Positions 20,666-33,716 are shown, numbered from the stretch's first letter. The stretch: DNA of 64,000 nt from Myxococcota bacterium (GCA_041687695.1 JAWLBL010000009.1:107634-171633); one strand, 5' to 3'. Notes: generated from the sequence alone by a model not told the origin. Numbers and translations: made by a program.

Positions 20666-21918
20666 GAGGCCCCCTCGGCCCGCGCCGCGAGCCCGCGTGG
20701 GTTCAAGTGGGGGGACAGGAGTGACACGATCCGGGCGGCAAACCGGGCCTTGTCACATCGGGAGATCACGTGGCGCTCGCCCTCGCGGCCGAGGAGCAGG
20801 CCCTCGTTGTCGCCGCGGCCGAAGCCGACGCCGGCGCGGCCGACGTCGTTGGCGATGATCCAGTCGAGGCCCTTGCGGTCGAGCTTGGCGCGCGCGTGGC
20901 CCTCGACGTCGTCGGTCTCGGCCGCGAAGCCGACGACCCGGCGGTCGGCGCGCCCGGGCAGCCCGGCCACATGGGCGAGGATATCGGTCGTGCGCGTCAG
21001 CGGCAGCGCGAGGTCGCCCTCGGCCTTCTTCATCTTGTGGGCGTGCGGGGCCGCCGGCCGGTAGTCGGCGACGGCCGCGGTCATGACCAGGACGTCGGTC
21101 TCGGGCCACGCGGCGACGACGGCCTCGGTCATCTGGGCGGCCGTGGTCACGTCGACGCGCGCGGCGACCCCGACGGGCGTGCGCAGATCGACCGGCCCGG
21201 CGACGAGGCGGACGGTGGCGCCGGCGGCGGCGAAGGCGCGGGCGAGCTGGAAGCCCATGGTGCCGGTCGAGTGGTTGGTGATGAAGCGGACCGGGTCGAT
21301 GGCCTCGCGGGTCGGGCCGGCCGAGACGGTGACGCGGACGCCGGCCAGCGTGCGCGGCGTGAGGACCGCGGCGCAGGCCTCGATGATCTCGGGCGGATCG
21401 GGCAGGCGGCCCGGGCCGGTGACGCCGCAGGCGAGGAGCCCCTCGCCGGGCTGCAGGACGTGGTAGCGGCCGAGGGCCTCGAGCTCGCGCAGGTTCCGCT
21501 GGACCAGCGGGTTGTCGAGCATGTCCGTGTTCATCGACGGGCAGACGAGCACGGGGGTGCGGCAGGCCATGATCGAGGTCGAGAGCAGATCGTCGGCGAA
21601 GCCGTGGGCGATCCGCGCGATCAGGTTGGCGGTCGCCGGGGCGAGCAGGATGAGATCGACCTCCTGGCCGACGTCGGTGTGGACGATGCGGCTGTCGGCG
21701 TCGGCCTGCCAGAGCGCCTGGCCGACGGGGTGGCCGCTGACCACCTCGAGCGCCAGCGGCGAGACGAAGCGGGCGCCGGCGTCGGTCAGCATCACGCGGA
21801 CGTCGGCCCCGGCGTCGCGGAGCCGGCGAACCAGCTCGGGGGCCTTGTAGGCCGCGATGCCGCCGCCCACCCCGAGGAGCACGCGTCTATCGTCGAGCAG
21901 TCCCACGCGGGCGTTCAT
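20662..21918 (-). CDS. coaBC: bifunctional phosphopantothenoylcysteine decarboxylase/synthase
   Basis: [47 protein letters not shown]. Confidence 0.96.
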   Translation of the reverse strand: MNARVGLLDDRRVLLGVGGGIAAYKAPELVRRLRDAGADVRVMLTDAGARFVSPLALEVVSGHPVGQALWQADADSRIVHTDVGQEVDLILLAPATANLIARIAHGFADDLLSTSIMACRTPVLVCPSMNTDMLDNPLVQRNLRELEALGRYHVLQPGEGLLACGVTGPGRLPDPPEIIEACAAVLTPRTLAGVRVTVSAGPTREAIDPVRFITNHSTGTMGFQLARAFAAAGATVRLVAGPVDLRTPVGVAARVDVTTAAQMTEAVVAAWPETDVLVMTAAVADYRPAAPHAHKMKKAEGDLALPLTRTTDILAHVAGLPGRADRRVVGFAAETDDVEGHARAKLDRKGLDWIIANDVGRAGVGFGRGDNEGLLLGREGERHVISRCDKARFAARIVSLLSPHLNPRGLAARAEGAS

Positions 21919-22026
21919 AGCCGACGCGCCCGGGCCGTACAAGGCTGGCGCCTTCGACGCCCGGGGCGAACTAGGCCGGCGCCTTCCCGTTGCCCGCATC
22001 GTCGGGGGCACGCATACTCGCCGCCC

Positions 22027-22407
22027 ATGCGAACGCGACGGCTCATCGGGGCGGCCTGGCTGGCCGCGGCGCTGTTGGCGGGCTGCGGCGCCTCGCCCCT
22101 GGTCCAGACCGAGGCGGGGCCCTCGGTCCCGGCCGCGGACGACGACGGGCGCCCCCAGTGGCCGGCCGACGCGGCGCTGCGCGCGGGCCCCGTGGTGGAC
22201 GGCCAGGTGACCGTCTGGTGGACGGGCGCCTTCGACGCCGACGAGGTGGTCGCCTATCGGCTCAGGCGAGGCGACGCGCTGCTGGCCGAGGTGCCTGGGG
22301 CGGTGACCTCGGCCGTGCTGCCGGCGTCCGCGCTGGACGGGGCGCTCGCCGTGTGGGCCGTCGACGCGGGCGGGCGCGTCAGCCGGTCGCCGCTGACCTT
22401 GCGCTGA
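22027..22407 (+). CDS. small lipoprotein, FN3-like
   Basis: Lipobox LAGC; W...D..V..Y...V.AVDAGG..S pattern. Confidence 0.6.
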   Translation: MRTRRLIGAAWLAAALLAGCGASPLVQTEAGPSVPAADDDGRPQWPADAALRAGPVVDGQVTVWWTGAFDADEVVAYRLRRGDALLAEVPGAVTSAVLPASALDGALAVWAVDAGGRVSRSPLTLR

Positions 22408-22410
22408 GCC

Positions 22411-23040
22411 TCAGCGCGCGACCTGCTCGGTGCGGCCGCGCCCCACCTCGACCACGACGTCGCGCACCTCGGGGAGCTGGCCGGCCGGCTCGAGGACGAT
22501 GCGGTGGGCCCCTGCGACCAGCCCGACGCTGCGCGGCAGCTTGAGCCGACGGCCGCCGAGCCGGGCCCAGGTGTCCGGCGCGTCGGTCTGCAGCCGGAGC
22601 CAGCCCATGGGCGGCTCGAGGCGGGCGCCGTGATCGGCGAGCCCGGCGCGGATGAGGACCAGCTCCTCGACGTTGGGGTCCATGTCGAGGGCCATCAGGA
22701 AGGCCTCGAAGGCGTCGCGGTGGCGGGCGAGGCGCCCGAGGATGGTGCCGCGGATGACGGCGGTGCTGGCGTTGGGCCAGGCGTCGAAGGCCTGGTTGGC
22801 GGCGCGCAGGGCGCCGGCGTCGTCGCCTTCGGCGAAGCGCTCCTGGGCGAGCTGGTAGGCGGCGGTGGCGCGCCAGCGGGCCTCGTCCTCGGCCAGGCGG
22901 CGCGACGGGACCTCGGGCGCCATCACGTTGGACTGCGCGGCCGCGCAGGCGGCGAGGGAGAGGACGGCGAAGAACAAGGCGGCGCCAGCCGGCACCGCGG
23001 GGAAGACCAGCCTCGTCGGCACGGTGACTCCTGTCGGCAT
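22411..23040 (-). CDS. TPR / PEGA-like exported protein
   Basis: Signal/lipobox (LAAC), TPR-like helices, C-terminal PEGA-like beta region. Confidence 0.55.
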   Translation of the reverse strand: MPTGVTVPTRLVFPAVPAGAALFFAVLSLAACAAAQSNVMAPEVPSRRLAEDEARWRATAAYQLAQERFAEGDDAGALRAANQAFDAWPNASTAVIRGTILGRLARHRDAFEAFLMALDMDPNVEELVLIRAGLADHGARLEPPMGWLRLQTDAPDTWARLGGRRLKLPRSVGLVAGAHRIVLEPAGQLPEVRDVVVEVGRGRTEQVAR

Positions 23041-23409
23041 CTGCCGCGGCCACTGTAGCGCGTCCCGCCGCCGTAGTGAAACGAGGTTCGAGCGGGGGAG
23101 CGAGGGACCGGGTCGGTGAGGCTAGCGTGTCGGATGTGTTGGCGGGCGGGCAAGGGTCCAGTCGGTTGCTCGGAGCGGTTGCCGATCGGTTGACGGCCGG
23201 CCTGCGCTGTGGCTTTTGGTGTCAGGAGCTGTCGATCGAGCGATGCTGTTGACTGCGAGACATGACCGCCTCTCGGTGGTGCTCACCGGAGGGCTTCGTC
23301 TCGCCTGCCGTCGTCTCGCGGCGCCCTCCTTCCCTCCGCCGCTCGTCCCGCCGTCTCCGTCGGTCGGCCCCCCTCCCCTCTCCCCGACCAGCCTGCCCGA
23401 GGCCCCCCC

Positions 23410-25113
23410 ATGACCCCCAAGGCCAAGGCGCCGGATCCGCTGATCTCGCGCGTCCTGCACGACGCCTTCGAGATCGTCGCCCCCATCGGGCGCGGCGCGA
23501 TGGGCGCGGTCTACCGCGGCCGTCAGCTCGTCGTGGGGCGCGAGGTGGCCATCAAGTTCATCAACTCGGGCACGGAGTTCGTCCTCGAGGACCAGGAGAT
23601 CCTGGCGCGCCGCTTCAAGCGCGAGGCCTACGTCCTGAGCAGCCTCGAGCACCCCAACTCGGTGCGCCTCATCGACTTCGGCCAGACCGAGGACGGCCTG
23701 CTCTACCTCGTGCTCGAGCTGCTCAAGGGCCACTCGCTCGGCGAGGTCCTGTACGAGGACGAGCGCCTCGAGCCGGCCCGCGTCGCCCGCATCGGCGCCC
23801 AGGTCTGCCGCGCCCTCGACGAGGCGCACGGCAAGGGCATCGTCCACCGCGATCTGAAGCCCGACAACATCTTCCTGTGCGAGTACTCGGGCCAGACCGA
23901 CTTCGTGAAGGTCATGGACTACGGCCTCGCGCGCGTCATGGACGAGGCCCCGGTCGCCCGCCTCGAGGAGCCCAACGCGGTCCGCATGACCCGCATGGGC
24001 ACGACGCTCGGCACGCCCCCCTACATGTCCCCCGAGCAGGCCTTTGGCGCCGAGGTCCACGCCGCGAGCGATCTGTACGCCGTCGGCATCCTCCTCTACG
24101 AGATGCTGACGGGCGAGCCGCCGTTCATCGACGACGACCCGATGGTGACGCTCGCGCGCCACGTGCACGAGGAGCCCAAGCCGGTCACCCTCGACGCCAA
24201 GCTCCCCAAGGGCGTGCAGAGCGCGTGGCAGGAGCTGCTCGATCGCCTGCTGGCCAAGCGCCCCGAGGACCGGCCCGCGAGCGCCAGCGAGGTCGCCGAC
24301 GTCCTCGAGCGCCTGATGCTGGCGTCGGCGGGGGACGCGCCCGAGACGTTCTCGACCGACCCGCTCTTCTCGCTGGCGCGGATGCGCAACCGCAAGCACC
24401 TGCGCACCGTGCGGACGCCCGAGCGGCGCTGGGCGGGGACGCGGCGGCACCTCGCCTGGGCGGCGCCTGCCCTGGCGCTGGGCCTCGGCGCGGTGGCCTG
24501 GATCGCCTGGCCCGAGCCGTCCGCCGAGCGCCCCGGAGCGACCGCCGGAGCGGCGCTGGCGCGGGTCGAGGCCCCCCAGGCGCCCCGCGCGGGCGTCATC
24601 GACGAGGCGGCGACCCTGGACATGCCGCTCGAGCTCATCGCGGACGAGCCCGACGCCGAGATCGCCGACGAGGACGTCCCGGTCACGACGCTGACCTTCG
24701 CCGAGGACGACGCGGGCGGGCTGCGCGTGGTCGACGAGGACGAGCAGGCCGAGGCGCCCGAGCCGGGGCCGAAGCCGGCGCAGCTGAGCGTGCAGTCGGT
24801 CCCGGCCGGGGCGACCGTGCTGCGCGGGGGCCAGGCGCTGTGCAAGACCCCGTGCAGCCTGACGCTGCCGCCGCGCGAGGAGGCCGAGCACTTCGTGGTC
24901 CGGCGCAAGGGCTTCGCCGACGCGAACATCGAGGTCGATCTGCGCGAGGCGGCGGTCATCGCGCACACCGTGACCCTGGCGCGGCGCGGCGGGCCGAGCT
25001 GGACCAAGCTGCGGGGGCGCGGCGACGGCGACGACGACGAGTACATCGTCGAGCCCAGGACGCGGCCGTCCGACCCGTCACGCGAGCTGCCGAGGTTGCG
25101 CCTGACGCCCTGA
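23410..25113 (+). CDS. membrane Ser/Thr protein kinase with PEGA domain
   Basis: GRGAMGAVY, VAIK, HRDLKPDN, DYG (for DFG), GTPPYMSPE; TM helix; SVPAGATV...KTP PEGA. Confidence 0.93.
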   Translation: MTPKAKAPDPLISRVLHDAFEIVAPIGRGAMGAVYRGRQLVVGREVAIKFINSGTEFVLEDQEILARRFKREAYVLSSLEHPNSVRLIDFGQTEDGLLYLVLELLKGHSLGEVLYEDERLEPARVARIGAQVCRALDEAHGKGIVHRDLKPDNIFLCEYSGQTDFVKVMDYGLARVMDEAPVARLEEPNAVRMTRMGTTLGTPPYMSPEQAFGAEVHAASDLYAVGILLYEMLTGEPPFIDDDPMVTLARHVHEEPKPVTLDAKLPKGVQSAWQELLDRLLAKRPEDRPASASEVADVLERLMLASAGDAPETFSTDPLFSLARMRNRKHLRTVRTPERRWAGTRRHLAWAAPALALGLGAVAWIAWPEPSAERPGATAGAALARVEAPQAPRAGVIDEAATLDMPLELIADEPDAEIADEDVPVTTLTFAEDDAGGLRVVDEDEQAEAPEPGPKPAQLSVQSVPAGATVLRGGQALCKTPCSLTLPPREEAEHFVVRRKGFADANIEVDLREAAVIAHTVTLARRGGPSWTKLRGRGDGDDDEYIVEPRTRPSDPSRELPRLRLTP

Positions 25114-25132
25114 GCGTCCCGGCCCTTGATCT

Positions 25133-25148
25133 CTGAACATGCGTTCAG
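25133..25148. promoter_or_regulatory. LexA (SOS) box
   Basis: CTGAAC-ATGC-GTTCAG palindrome 13 nt before the dnaE2 ATG; fits the Myxococcus consensus CTRHAMRYBYGTTCAG. Confidence 0.8.
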
Positions 25149-25161
25149 ATAGATCGGGGCG

Positions 25162-28353
<3,192 letters not shown>

Positions 28354-28398
28354 CCCGGCCCCGACCCGGCCGCCGAGCCAGCCGCCCCCAATTTCCTC

Positions 28399-28426
28399 TT
28401 GCCAGCCCCGGCGGCATGCCTATACT
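28399..28426 (+). promoter_or_regulatory. sigma70 promoter of the tRNA gene
   Basis: TTGCCA-16 nt-TATACT followed by a GC-rich discriminator. Confidence 0.7.
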
Positions 28427-28440
28427 CCGCCTTCGCTCGC

Positions 28441-28516
28441 GCCGACATAGCTCAGCCGGTAGAGCAGCTGATTCGTAATCAGCAGGTCCGCGGTTCAAGT
28501 CCGCGTGTCGGCTCCA
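28441..28516 (+). tRNA. tRNA-Thr (CGT); probable prophage attachment site
   Basis: 76 nt cloverleaf: GCCGACA/TGTCGGC acceptor, CTGAT-tCGTaa-ATCAG anticodon arm, GGTTCAAGTCC T arm, encoded CCA. Confidence 0.97.
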
Positions 28517-28544
28517 AAAAGGCCCTGAGAAATCAGGGCCTTTT
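28517..28544. terminator. bidirectional terminator between tRNA and integrase
   Basis: AAAAGGCCCTGA-gaaa-TCAGGGCCTTTT; overlaps the integrase stop codon. Confidence 0.85.
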
Positions 28545-29771
28545 CCGTTTCGAACCGCCGTTACGGCCCTGTTCTGCGCGCTTGGGTGACACGGTGGGTG
28601 ACACGCTCTCGGGCCCGATCTTCGGCAGCTGCGCGCGGGCGTTGACTCCATCCATGAGGCTCGCGAGCCGGCTGTCGGCGACGCCTGCGTAGGCCTGCTC
28701 GGTCGTCGTGACGGACTCGTGGCCCAGGAGGCGCGACACGTCGAAGATGTCGATGCCGGCGGCAAGCCAGAGCACGCCGGCGGTGCGCCGGAGGCCGTGG
28801 GTGTCGACATCGGTCACGGCCTGTCGGAACGGCACGCCCGCCTCCTCGGCCTCTCGGCGAGCGCGCTCGTTCGCTCGAGCGCAGGCCGAATGGACGTCGT
28901 CGCACCAGTTGTCGTGCCGGATGGGCTGGTCAGCGTCGTGCAGGATGTAGCCGTCACGCCCCCAGCGTTCGGCCGCCAGTTCGAGGAACTCCTGCGCCGG
29001 ATTCGAGAGCGGGATCACCCGGACCTTTCGGCCCTTCGAGCGCCAGCCCGGAGTTGCGGGGTCCGTGGCCGGGATCCGCAGAGTGGGCGTGCCGAGGCCG
29101 CGCTGCACCCAGGCCCATCGAGCCGCGACGGCCTCGCCAGCCCGCAGGCCGGTGTGGATGATGAGGCCCGCCCTAACCCTCATCGCCGGAGAGCAGGCGG
29201 CCAAGAACGGCTCGATCTCCTCGGGCTGCAGGAAAGGGCGGAGCTGGACGGGGCCCGGATCGACGTGGACGCCCTCGGTGATGTCGACGGGCATCCAGCC
29301 TTGCCGGATGGACCATCGAACGAGCGCCCTGATGGCCCGCAGGTACTGCGCCTGAGAGCGGACGCTCGCCGGTCGACGGATGGCGGCCTCGACGTGACGC
29401 CTGGTGAGGTGGATGATCGGCCAGTCCGCGCCTGCGGCCGCCACCAGCGACTGAAGCTGTGTCCGGTATGCCCTGGCTGTCGCCGGCGACAGCTCGCGAC
29501 CGCGCTTGGATGTCGACCGGGCGACGAATCGGTCGACCAGGTCCTGCACTAGGACGGGCGGGGGTTCCGGTGCCTCGAGGAGGCCTGCGAGATAGTCGCG
29601 CCAGATCGTCGTGGCGCAGAGCTCTGCGTCCTGCTGGGTGCCGAACCGTGCGCACGTGCGCGAGCTCGCTCGATGGCCACGGAAGTAGCCATCGACACGC
29701 CACCGGTCTCGGGCTCGCTCGTAGGTGATGTGGACGACGTAGATCCCGTCGTCACGGAATGGTCCTGACAC
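28533..29771 (-). CDS. int: tyrosine recombinase / phage integrase
   Basis: TGLRAGE (R), SKGRK (K), HGLRRT (H-x-x-R), LLGHESVTTTEQAY (H...Y). Confidence 0.93.
   Translation of the reverse strand: MSGPFRDDGIYVVHITYERARDRWRVDGYFRGHRASSRTCARFGTQQDAELCATTIWRDYLAGLLEAPEPPPVLVQDLVDRFVARSTSKRGRELSPATARAYRTQLQSLVAAAGADWPIIHLTRRHVEAAIRRPASVRSQAQYLRAIRALVRWSIRQGWMPVDITEGVHVDPGPVQLRPFLQPEEIEPFLAACSPAMRVRAGLIIHTGLRAGEAVAARWAWVQRGLGTPTLRIPATDPATPGWRSKGRKVRVIPLSNPAQEFLELAAERWGRDGYILHDADQPIRHDNWCDDVHSACARANERARREAEEAGVPFRQAVTDVDTHGLRRTAGVLWLAAGIDIFDVSRLLGHESVTTTEQAYAGVADSRLASLMDGVNARAQLPKIGPESVSPTVSPKRAEQGRNGGSKRKRP
28583..28605. repeat. direct repeat, candidate integrase arm-type sites
   Basis: TGGGTGACACG twice at 12-nt period, about 70 nt from the tRNA end. 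Confidence 0.55.
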
Positions 29772-29883
29772 CTGGTCCTCTCCTCGAGCTCGGCTTGGGC
29801 GCGCAGCGCGCGCGCCCTCAAGGCGGCGGCGAGCGACTCAGCCTCGGCCGCCTCGGCTTGTAGTCGCAGCAGGTCCGTGTGGG

Positions 29884-30492
29884 TCATTGTGACAGCTCCA
29901 CCGAGCTGGCCACCTCGTTGCCCCAGACGTCCCAGCCCGGCCGGGGCGAGCGACAGAACATCTCGAGGCGGGGCCCGTGCGAGACGCGTTCGATCGCCTC
30001 GTAGCTCACGTCGGGCTTGGCGCTGTGCCGGCCGCGGCGGGCCACCCAGACGCTGGGCGTCTGGCAGCGCTTGCCGTCCTGGTCCAGCTTGTACGGAAGG
30101 GTTCCCCGGACCCCGAACAGGCACAGCTCGTGCGAGCCCCGGATGTACTGGCCCAGGCCCTGCTGCAGAGTGATGCCCTCGGCGAGCTGCTCGGCGCCGG
30201 TCTTCACCCAGGCGCAGTTGCTGACGTACCTGAACCCCCACGCGCGCATCACCTCGAGACCGTCGGCCAGGAAGTTGTTTGTGACCCAGAGCCAGAGGTG
30301 CGCGCCCTCCGGATGGGCGAGGCGCCCGGGCTGCAGGGCGGCGATGTCTCGCGTGTGCATCAGCGGGTAGTGCCGGTCGGCGCCCCGCTTTGTCTTGCCG
30401 GCGCCCCTCTCCATCCAGGGCGGATCGGCGAGGATCGTCTTGTAGCGGCCGGCCGAGGCCGACGGCGGCGGCGCGAGGGCGAAGTCAGACAC
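29884..30492 (-). CDS. MT-A70 family N6-adenine methyltransferase
   Basis: ILADPPW, HLWLWVTN, WGFRY, ELCLFGVRG, HSAKP, RLEMFCR..RPGWDVWGNE. Confidence 0.92.
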   Translation of the reverse strand: MSDFALAPPPSASAGRYKTILADPPWMERGAGKTKRGADRHYPLMHTRDIAALQPGRLAHPEGAHLWLWVTNNFLADGLEVMRAWGFRYVSNCAWVKTGAEQLAEGITLQQGLGQYIRGSHELCLFGVRGTLPYKLDQDGKRCQTPSVWVARRGRHSAKPDVSYEAIERVSHGPRLEMFCRSPRPGWDVWGNEVASSVELSQ

Positions 30493-30811
30493 CAGACACC
30501 TCCGCGAGCTTCTGCTTGGCCTTGCGCATCCGGTCCACAGCCGCGGCCAGAGCGTCGACGTCTTTGCTCGTCGGCCCGTTGCGCCGGCGGTCCGCGGTGT
30601 CGAGGACCTCGCGCTCGGCGGCCGCGACCTCCGACCCGGCCGCCTCGACGACCAGATCACACGCGTGCTCGGCTGCGTGCGCCTGGCAGTACCTCGAATC
30701 GGGGCTTCGCGGCTCCGGGCAGTAGAGGCCGTCCAGCAGCCTCCAGCACTGAGTGCGGCCGCACTCGCAGAGGTCGTGCAGGTGCCCGCACCTGAGGCAT
30801 CCGTCTCTCAT
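30485..30811 (-). CDS. small Cys-rich phage protein
   Basis: CxxC / CxC / YCxxH clusters; overlaps neighbours at start and stop codons. Confidence 0.6.
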   Translation of the reverse strand: MRDGCLRCGHLHDLCECGRTQCWRLLDGLYCPEPRSPDSRYCQAHAAEHACDLVVEAAGSEVAAAEREVLDTADRRRNGPTSKDVDALAAAVDRMRKAKQKLAEVSGV

Positions 30812-31167
30812 CGCGCATCCTCCCAGGCCCGGCGCAGCTCGGGCGGGCAGTGCGGCGTCGCCGCCATGGCGTCGAGGACCACCGGCGGGCTCTGAGCCAG
30901 GAGGCAGTCGACGCGCGTCCGTTCACTGCACTCGACCCGGAAGACCTCGACGACCTCGCCGCCCTCACGCCGCTCGACGTGCCACCAGGACTCGTCGCCC
31001 GACCAGACCGAGTAGCTGTGCCACCCGGAGACGTAGAGGCGCGCCCAGTCTGCGAGCGCCTCGCCAGCTCGGTCGCGTGGCGTCTTGGCGGCCTCGTGCT
31101 CGCGGACCCACTGGTCGATGCGGGCCTGCAGGGCGGCCCGGCGGTCGCTTGCTCGTTGCCACCTCAC
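30808..31167 (-). CDS. hypothetical phage protein
   Basis: ORF packed in the operon with ATGA overlap. Confidence 0.55.
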   Translation of the reverse strand: MRWQRASDRRAALQARIDQWVREHEAAKTPRDRAGEALADWARLYVSGWHSYSVWSGDESWWHVERREGGEVVEVFRVECSERTRVDCLLAQSPPVVLDAMAATPHCPPELRRAWEDAR

Positions 31168-31170
31168 CCG

Positions 31171-32670
31171 TCAGCCCTCCGCCTTCGGCACCCGCAAGCC
31201 CGCGGCGCGCCGGAGCGCGGCCCATGGCTCGTTGGTCCGGTACGTGCTGTGCGGGTGCGACTCCTCGACGAGGACCTCGGTCAGGAGCGCCAGCTCGTCG
31301 CGCACGCTCCACTCGGGGTTCTCGGCCGCACTCCGGAGCGCGTCCTGCCAGAGGTACGTCCCGTGCACCACGCTCTTCTCGGCCTTGATGCCGCGGCGCC
31401 GGCAGACGGCGATGATGCTGTCCTGCCGGGCCGTCCGGATGATGAGCTGCAGGAGCTGCGGGACGACCTCGTCCCACTCGATTCGCCCGTCGGAGATCCA
31501 GGCCAGGACCGCGGCCATCGCAGCGTGGTGCTTGGCCTTGGTCTCCTCGCGCTGCTTGCGCTGGAGCTCCTTGTCGCTTTCGGCTTGCTGCCGACGATCC
31601 TTGGCACGGATGCGGTCGGCGAGTTCCTGGCTCCCAGTGGCTTCGAGCGCGGCCGCGACCTCCGCCGGGTCGTAGACGACCTCGAAGACCTTCCCGGAGT
31701 ACTCAGGGGCCGCGCGCAGGCTGGGGACTACCTGGAGGTCCGCGACGACGTCGGCGACTCGCACGTTCCGCGCCCCGTCGAAGTGGACGAAGGCGTCGCT
31801 CGAGACGAGGTGCGGTGCCTTCCGCGCGCTGTCGATGACCTCGCCGCCAGCCGCCTCGACCTCGGCCTTGCGCCGCGCCCAGAAGGACTCACCACGTTGA
31901 TCCCAGCAGGGCTTGTTGATGCAGCGGTCCTCGTGGCTGTCCTCGAAGAGGTCGGGCTGCGCCGAGGCGCGATACGGACAGGCCGAGCAGGCCCCGGCCC
32001 CGATAGGTCCGAGGGTCGAGTCGTCGAGGGACCATGGGGCCTGCGAGAGCCACCGTCCACCGACCCATTGACGGACCGTCGAGACCGAGAGGGGATCGGC
32101 CGACGTGCCCCGGCTCTCGCGCTCGATCACCTCGTTGACGATGTCGTCGCGGGTCGCCGGCGCCAGGCGCGCGATGGCGATCGCGGCGCCCAGGCGGACA
32201 CGGCTGGCCTCAACCAGGTCGAGGATGCCGCTCGGCAGGTCGAGGAGCGCGAGGCGGTCGCGCACGTACCGCTCGTGCCGGCCGATGCGCGTCGCGATCT
32301 CCACCGCGTCCTCGCCGAGCCGCACCAAGGCCGCGAAGGCCTGCGCCTCCTCGACGGGGGTGACGTCGGCCCGCTGGTTGTTCTCGATGATGCGCGCGTG
32401 CCCCGCGGCGCGGTCGTCCAGCTCGCGGACGACCGCGGGGATCTTCTCGAGGCCCGCCGCGCCCGCCGCCCGGAACCGCCGCGCCCCGCAGACGATCTCG
32501 AAGCGCTTGCCGCCCCCGGGGTGCGGGCGGACGAGGATCGGCTGCAGGACCCCGTGCTCGGTGATGGAGGCCGCCAGCTCGGCGAGGCGGTCCTCGTCGA
32601 ACCGCCGGCGCGGGTTGTGCGGCGACTCCTCGATGAGGCTGAGGGCGAGTTCACTGGTCTTCGCGGCCAT
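31171..32670 (-). CDS. ParB/RepB/Spo0J-family protein with Cys cluster
   Basis: NPRRRF...LAASITEHGVLQPILVRP...GARRFRAA...ENNQRAD; HTH; CSACPY...C....CW. Confidence 0.88.
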   Translation of the reverse strand: MAAKTSELALSLIEESPHNPRRRFDEDRLAELAASITEHGVLQPILVRPHPGGGKRFEIVCGARRFRAAGAAGLEKIPAVVRELDDRAAGHARIIENNQRADVTPVEEAQAFAALVRLGEDAVEIATRIGRHERYVRDRLALLDLPSGILDLVEASRVRLGAAIAIARLAPATRDDIVNEVIERESRGTSADPLSVSTVRQWVGGRWLSQAPWSLDDSTLGPIGAGACSACPYRASAQPDLFEDSHEDRCINKPCWDQRGESFWARRKAEVEAAGGEVIDSARKAPHLVSSDAFVHFDGARNVRVADVVADLQVVPSLRAAPEYSGKVFEVVYDPAEVAAALEATGSQELADRIRAKDRRQQAESDKELQRKQREETKAKHHAAMAAVLAWISDGRIEWDEVVPQLLQLIIRTARQDSIIAVCRRRGIKAEKSVVHGTYLWQDALRSAAENPEWSVRDELALLTEVLVEESHPHSTYRTNEPWAALRRAAGLRVPKAEG

Positions 32671-32914
32671 GGCCGACCTCGAGGGGAGAGATGAGGCCGA
32701 GCTGCTCGCCTCGGACCTCGAGGGCGGCGTACTCGGCGCGGATGCGATGTCCATGGCGGGCCACGAGGCGGGCCCGCTCCTGCCTGATGAGGCGCTCCGA
32801 CTGGGGCAGGGCCTGCAGCTTCCGGAGCGCGGCCTTCGCGCGGTCGCGCGCCGCGTCGGGGACGCGCGGGTCGTCGCCGGCGTCGTCGGCCGACGTCAGC
32901 TCGAAGGCCTCCAC
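32651..32914 (-). CDS. hypothetical phage protein
   Basis: ORF fills the gap in the operon. Confidence 0.45.
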   Translation of the reverse strand: MEAFELTSADDAGDDPRVPDAARDRAKAALRKLQALPQSERLIRQERARLVARHGHRIRAEYAALEVRGEQLGLISPLEVGHGREDQ

Positions 32915-32915
32915 G

Positions 32916-33716
32916 TCATGCCGCCGCGGCGGTGTCGGGCTCGGCGAGCAGCGCGCGGATCTGGTCGGCGCGCTCGTCGGTCACCGCCTTATGGCCGTTC
33001 GCCCAGTTGCGGACGGCGCCGGTGGACACCCCCAGGCGCGCCGCAGCGTCCTTGAGGCCGAACCGCTTGACGCAGGCACCGACCAGCGCCTTGCGGTCCT
33101 CGGGCTCGGGCGCGGCGAGCGACGTCGGCGGCTGCGCTTCGATGTAGTCGGCGATCGCCAGCTCGAGCACGTCACGCACGCTGCAGCCGCCCTCCCGAGC
33201 GATGGCCTCGAGGGACATGAGCTGCACAGCGCCGACGAGATCCTCGAGCCCCGGCTGGCCCGCCGCTTCGAGGCTCTTCATCTTCAGGGCGATCGCCTCG
33301 GCCAAGGTCGACCCCGGCCGTAGCCATGCCTTGCCGACCGCTTCGCGCGCGGCATCGATCTGCGCCTGCAGGCGCTCGACCTCCTGGTCGGCCGAGCGCT
33401 CCCCGGCGACGGCGCCGACGAGCTGCGTCTGGGCCCGCTCGAGCGCCTCCCCGACGCACCCGATGCAGGCGAAACCGTAGTCGGCCAGCCGGAGGCGCTC
33501 GGTGCACGGCGAGCCGCAGTGCTCGCACTTCTCCTGCGCGATGGCCGCGGACTCGGGTACGAGGACGACCTCCTCGTACAGCCGGGCGCCCCAGGCGCGC
33601 GCATCCTCCGGCGTGTCGCAGCGGAACTCGAACTCCTCGTCCTCGATGCAGAGGTAGACGGAGGGCGCTCCGCCCTCGTACGACCCAGCTGCCGTCACCT
33701 GTGCCTTGACCTTCAT
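32916..33716 (-). CDS. multidomain protein (Zn finger, coiled coil, RHH-like, C-terminal HTH)
   Basis: CEHC...CIGC; AREGGCSVRDVLELAIADY; AAARLGVSTGAVRNW. Confidence 0.65.
   Translation of the reverse strand: MKVKAQVTAAGSYEGGAPSVYLCIEDEEFEFRCDTPEDARAWGARLYEEVVLVPESAAIAQEKCEHCGSPCTERLRLADYGFACIGCVGEALERAQTQLVGAVAGERSADQEVERLQAQIDAAREAVGKAWLRPGSTLAEAIALKMKSLEAAGQPGLEDLVGAVQLMSLEAIAREGGCSVRDVLELAIADYIEAQPPTSLAAPEPEDRKALVGACVKRFGLKDAAARLGVSTGAVRNWANGHKAVTDERADQIRALLAEPDTAAAA

Noticed and set aside
23914..23930. Pseudokinase, because DYG replaces DFG
   Set aside because: The catalytic Lys, HRDLKPxN and the Mg-binding Asp are intact; DYG is a tolerated variant
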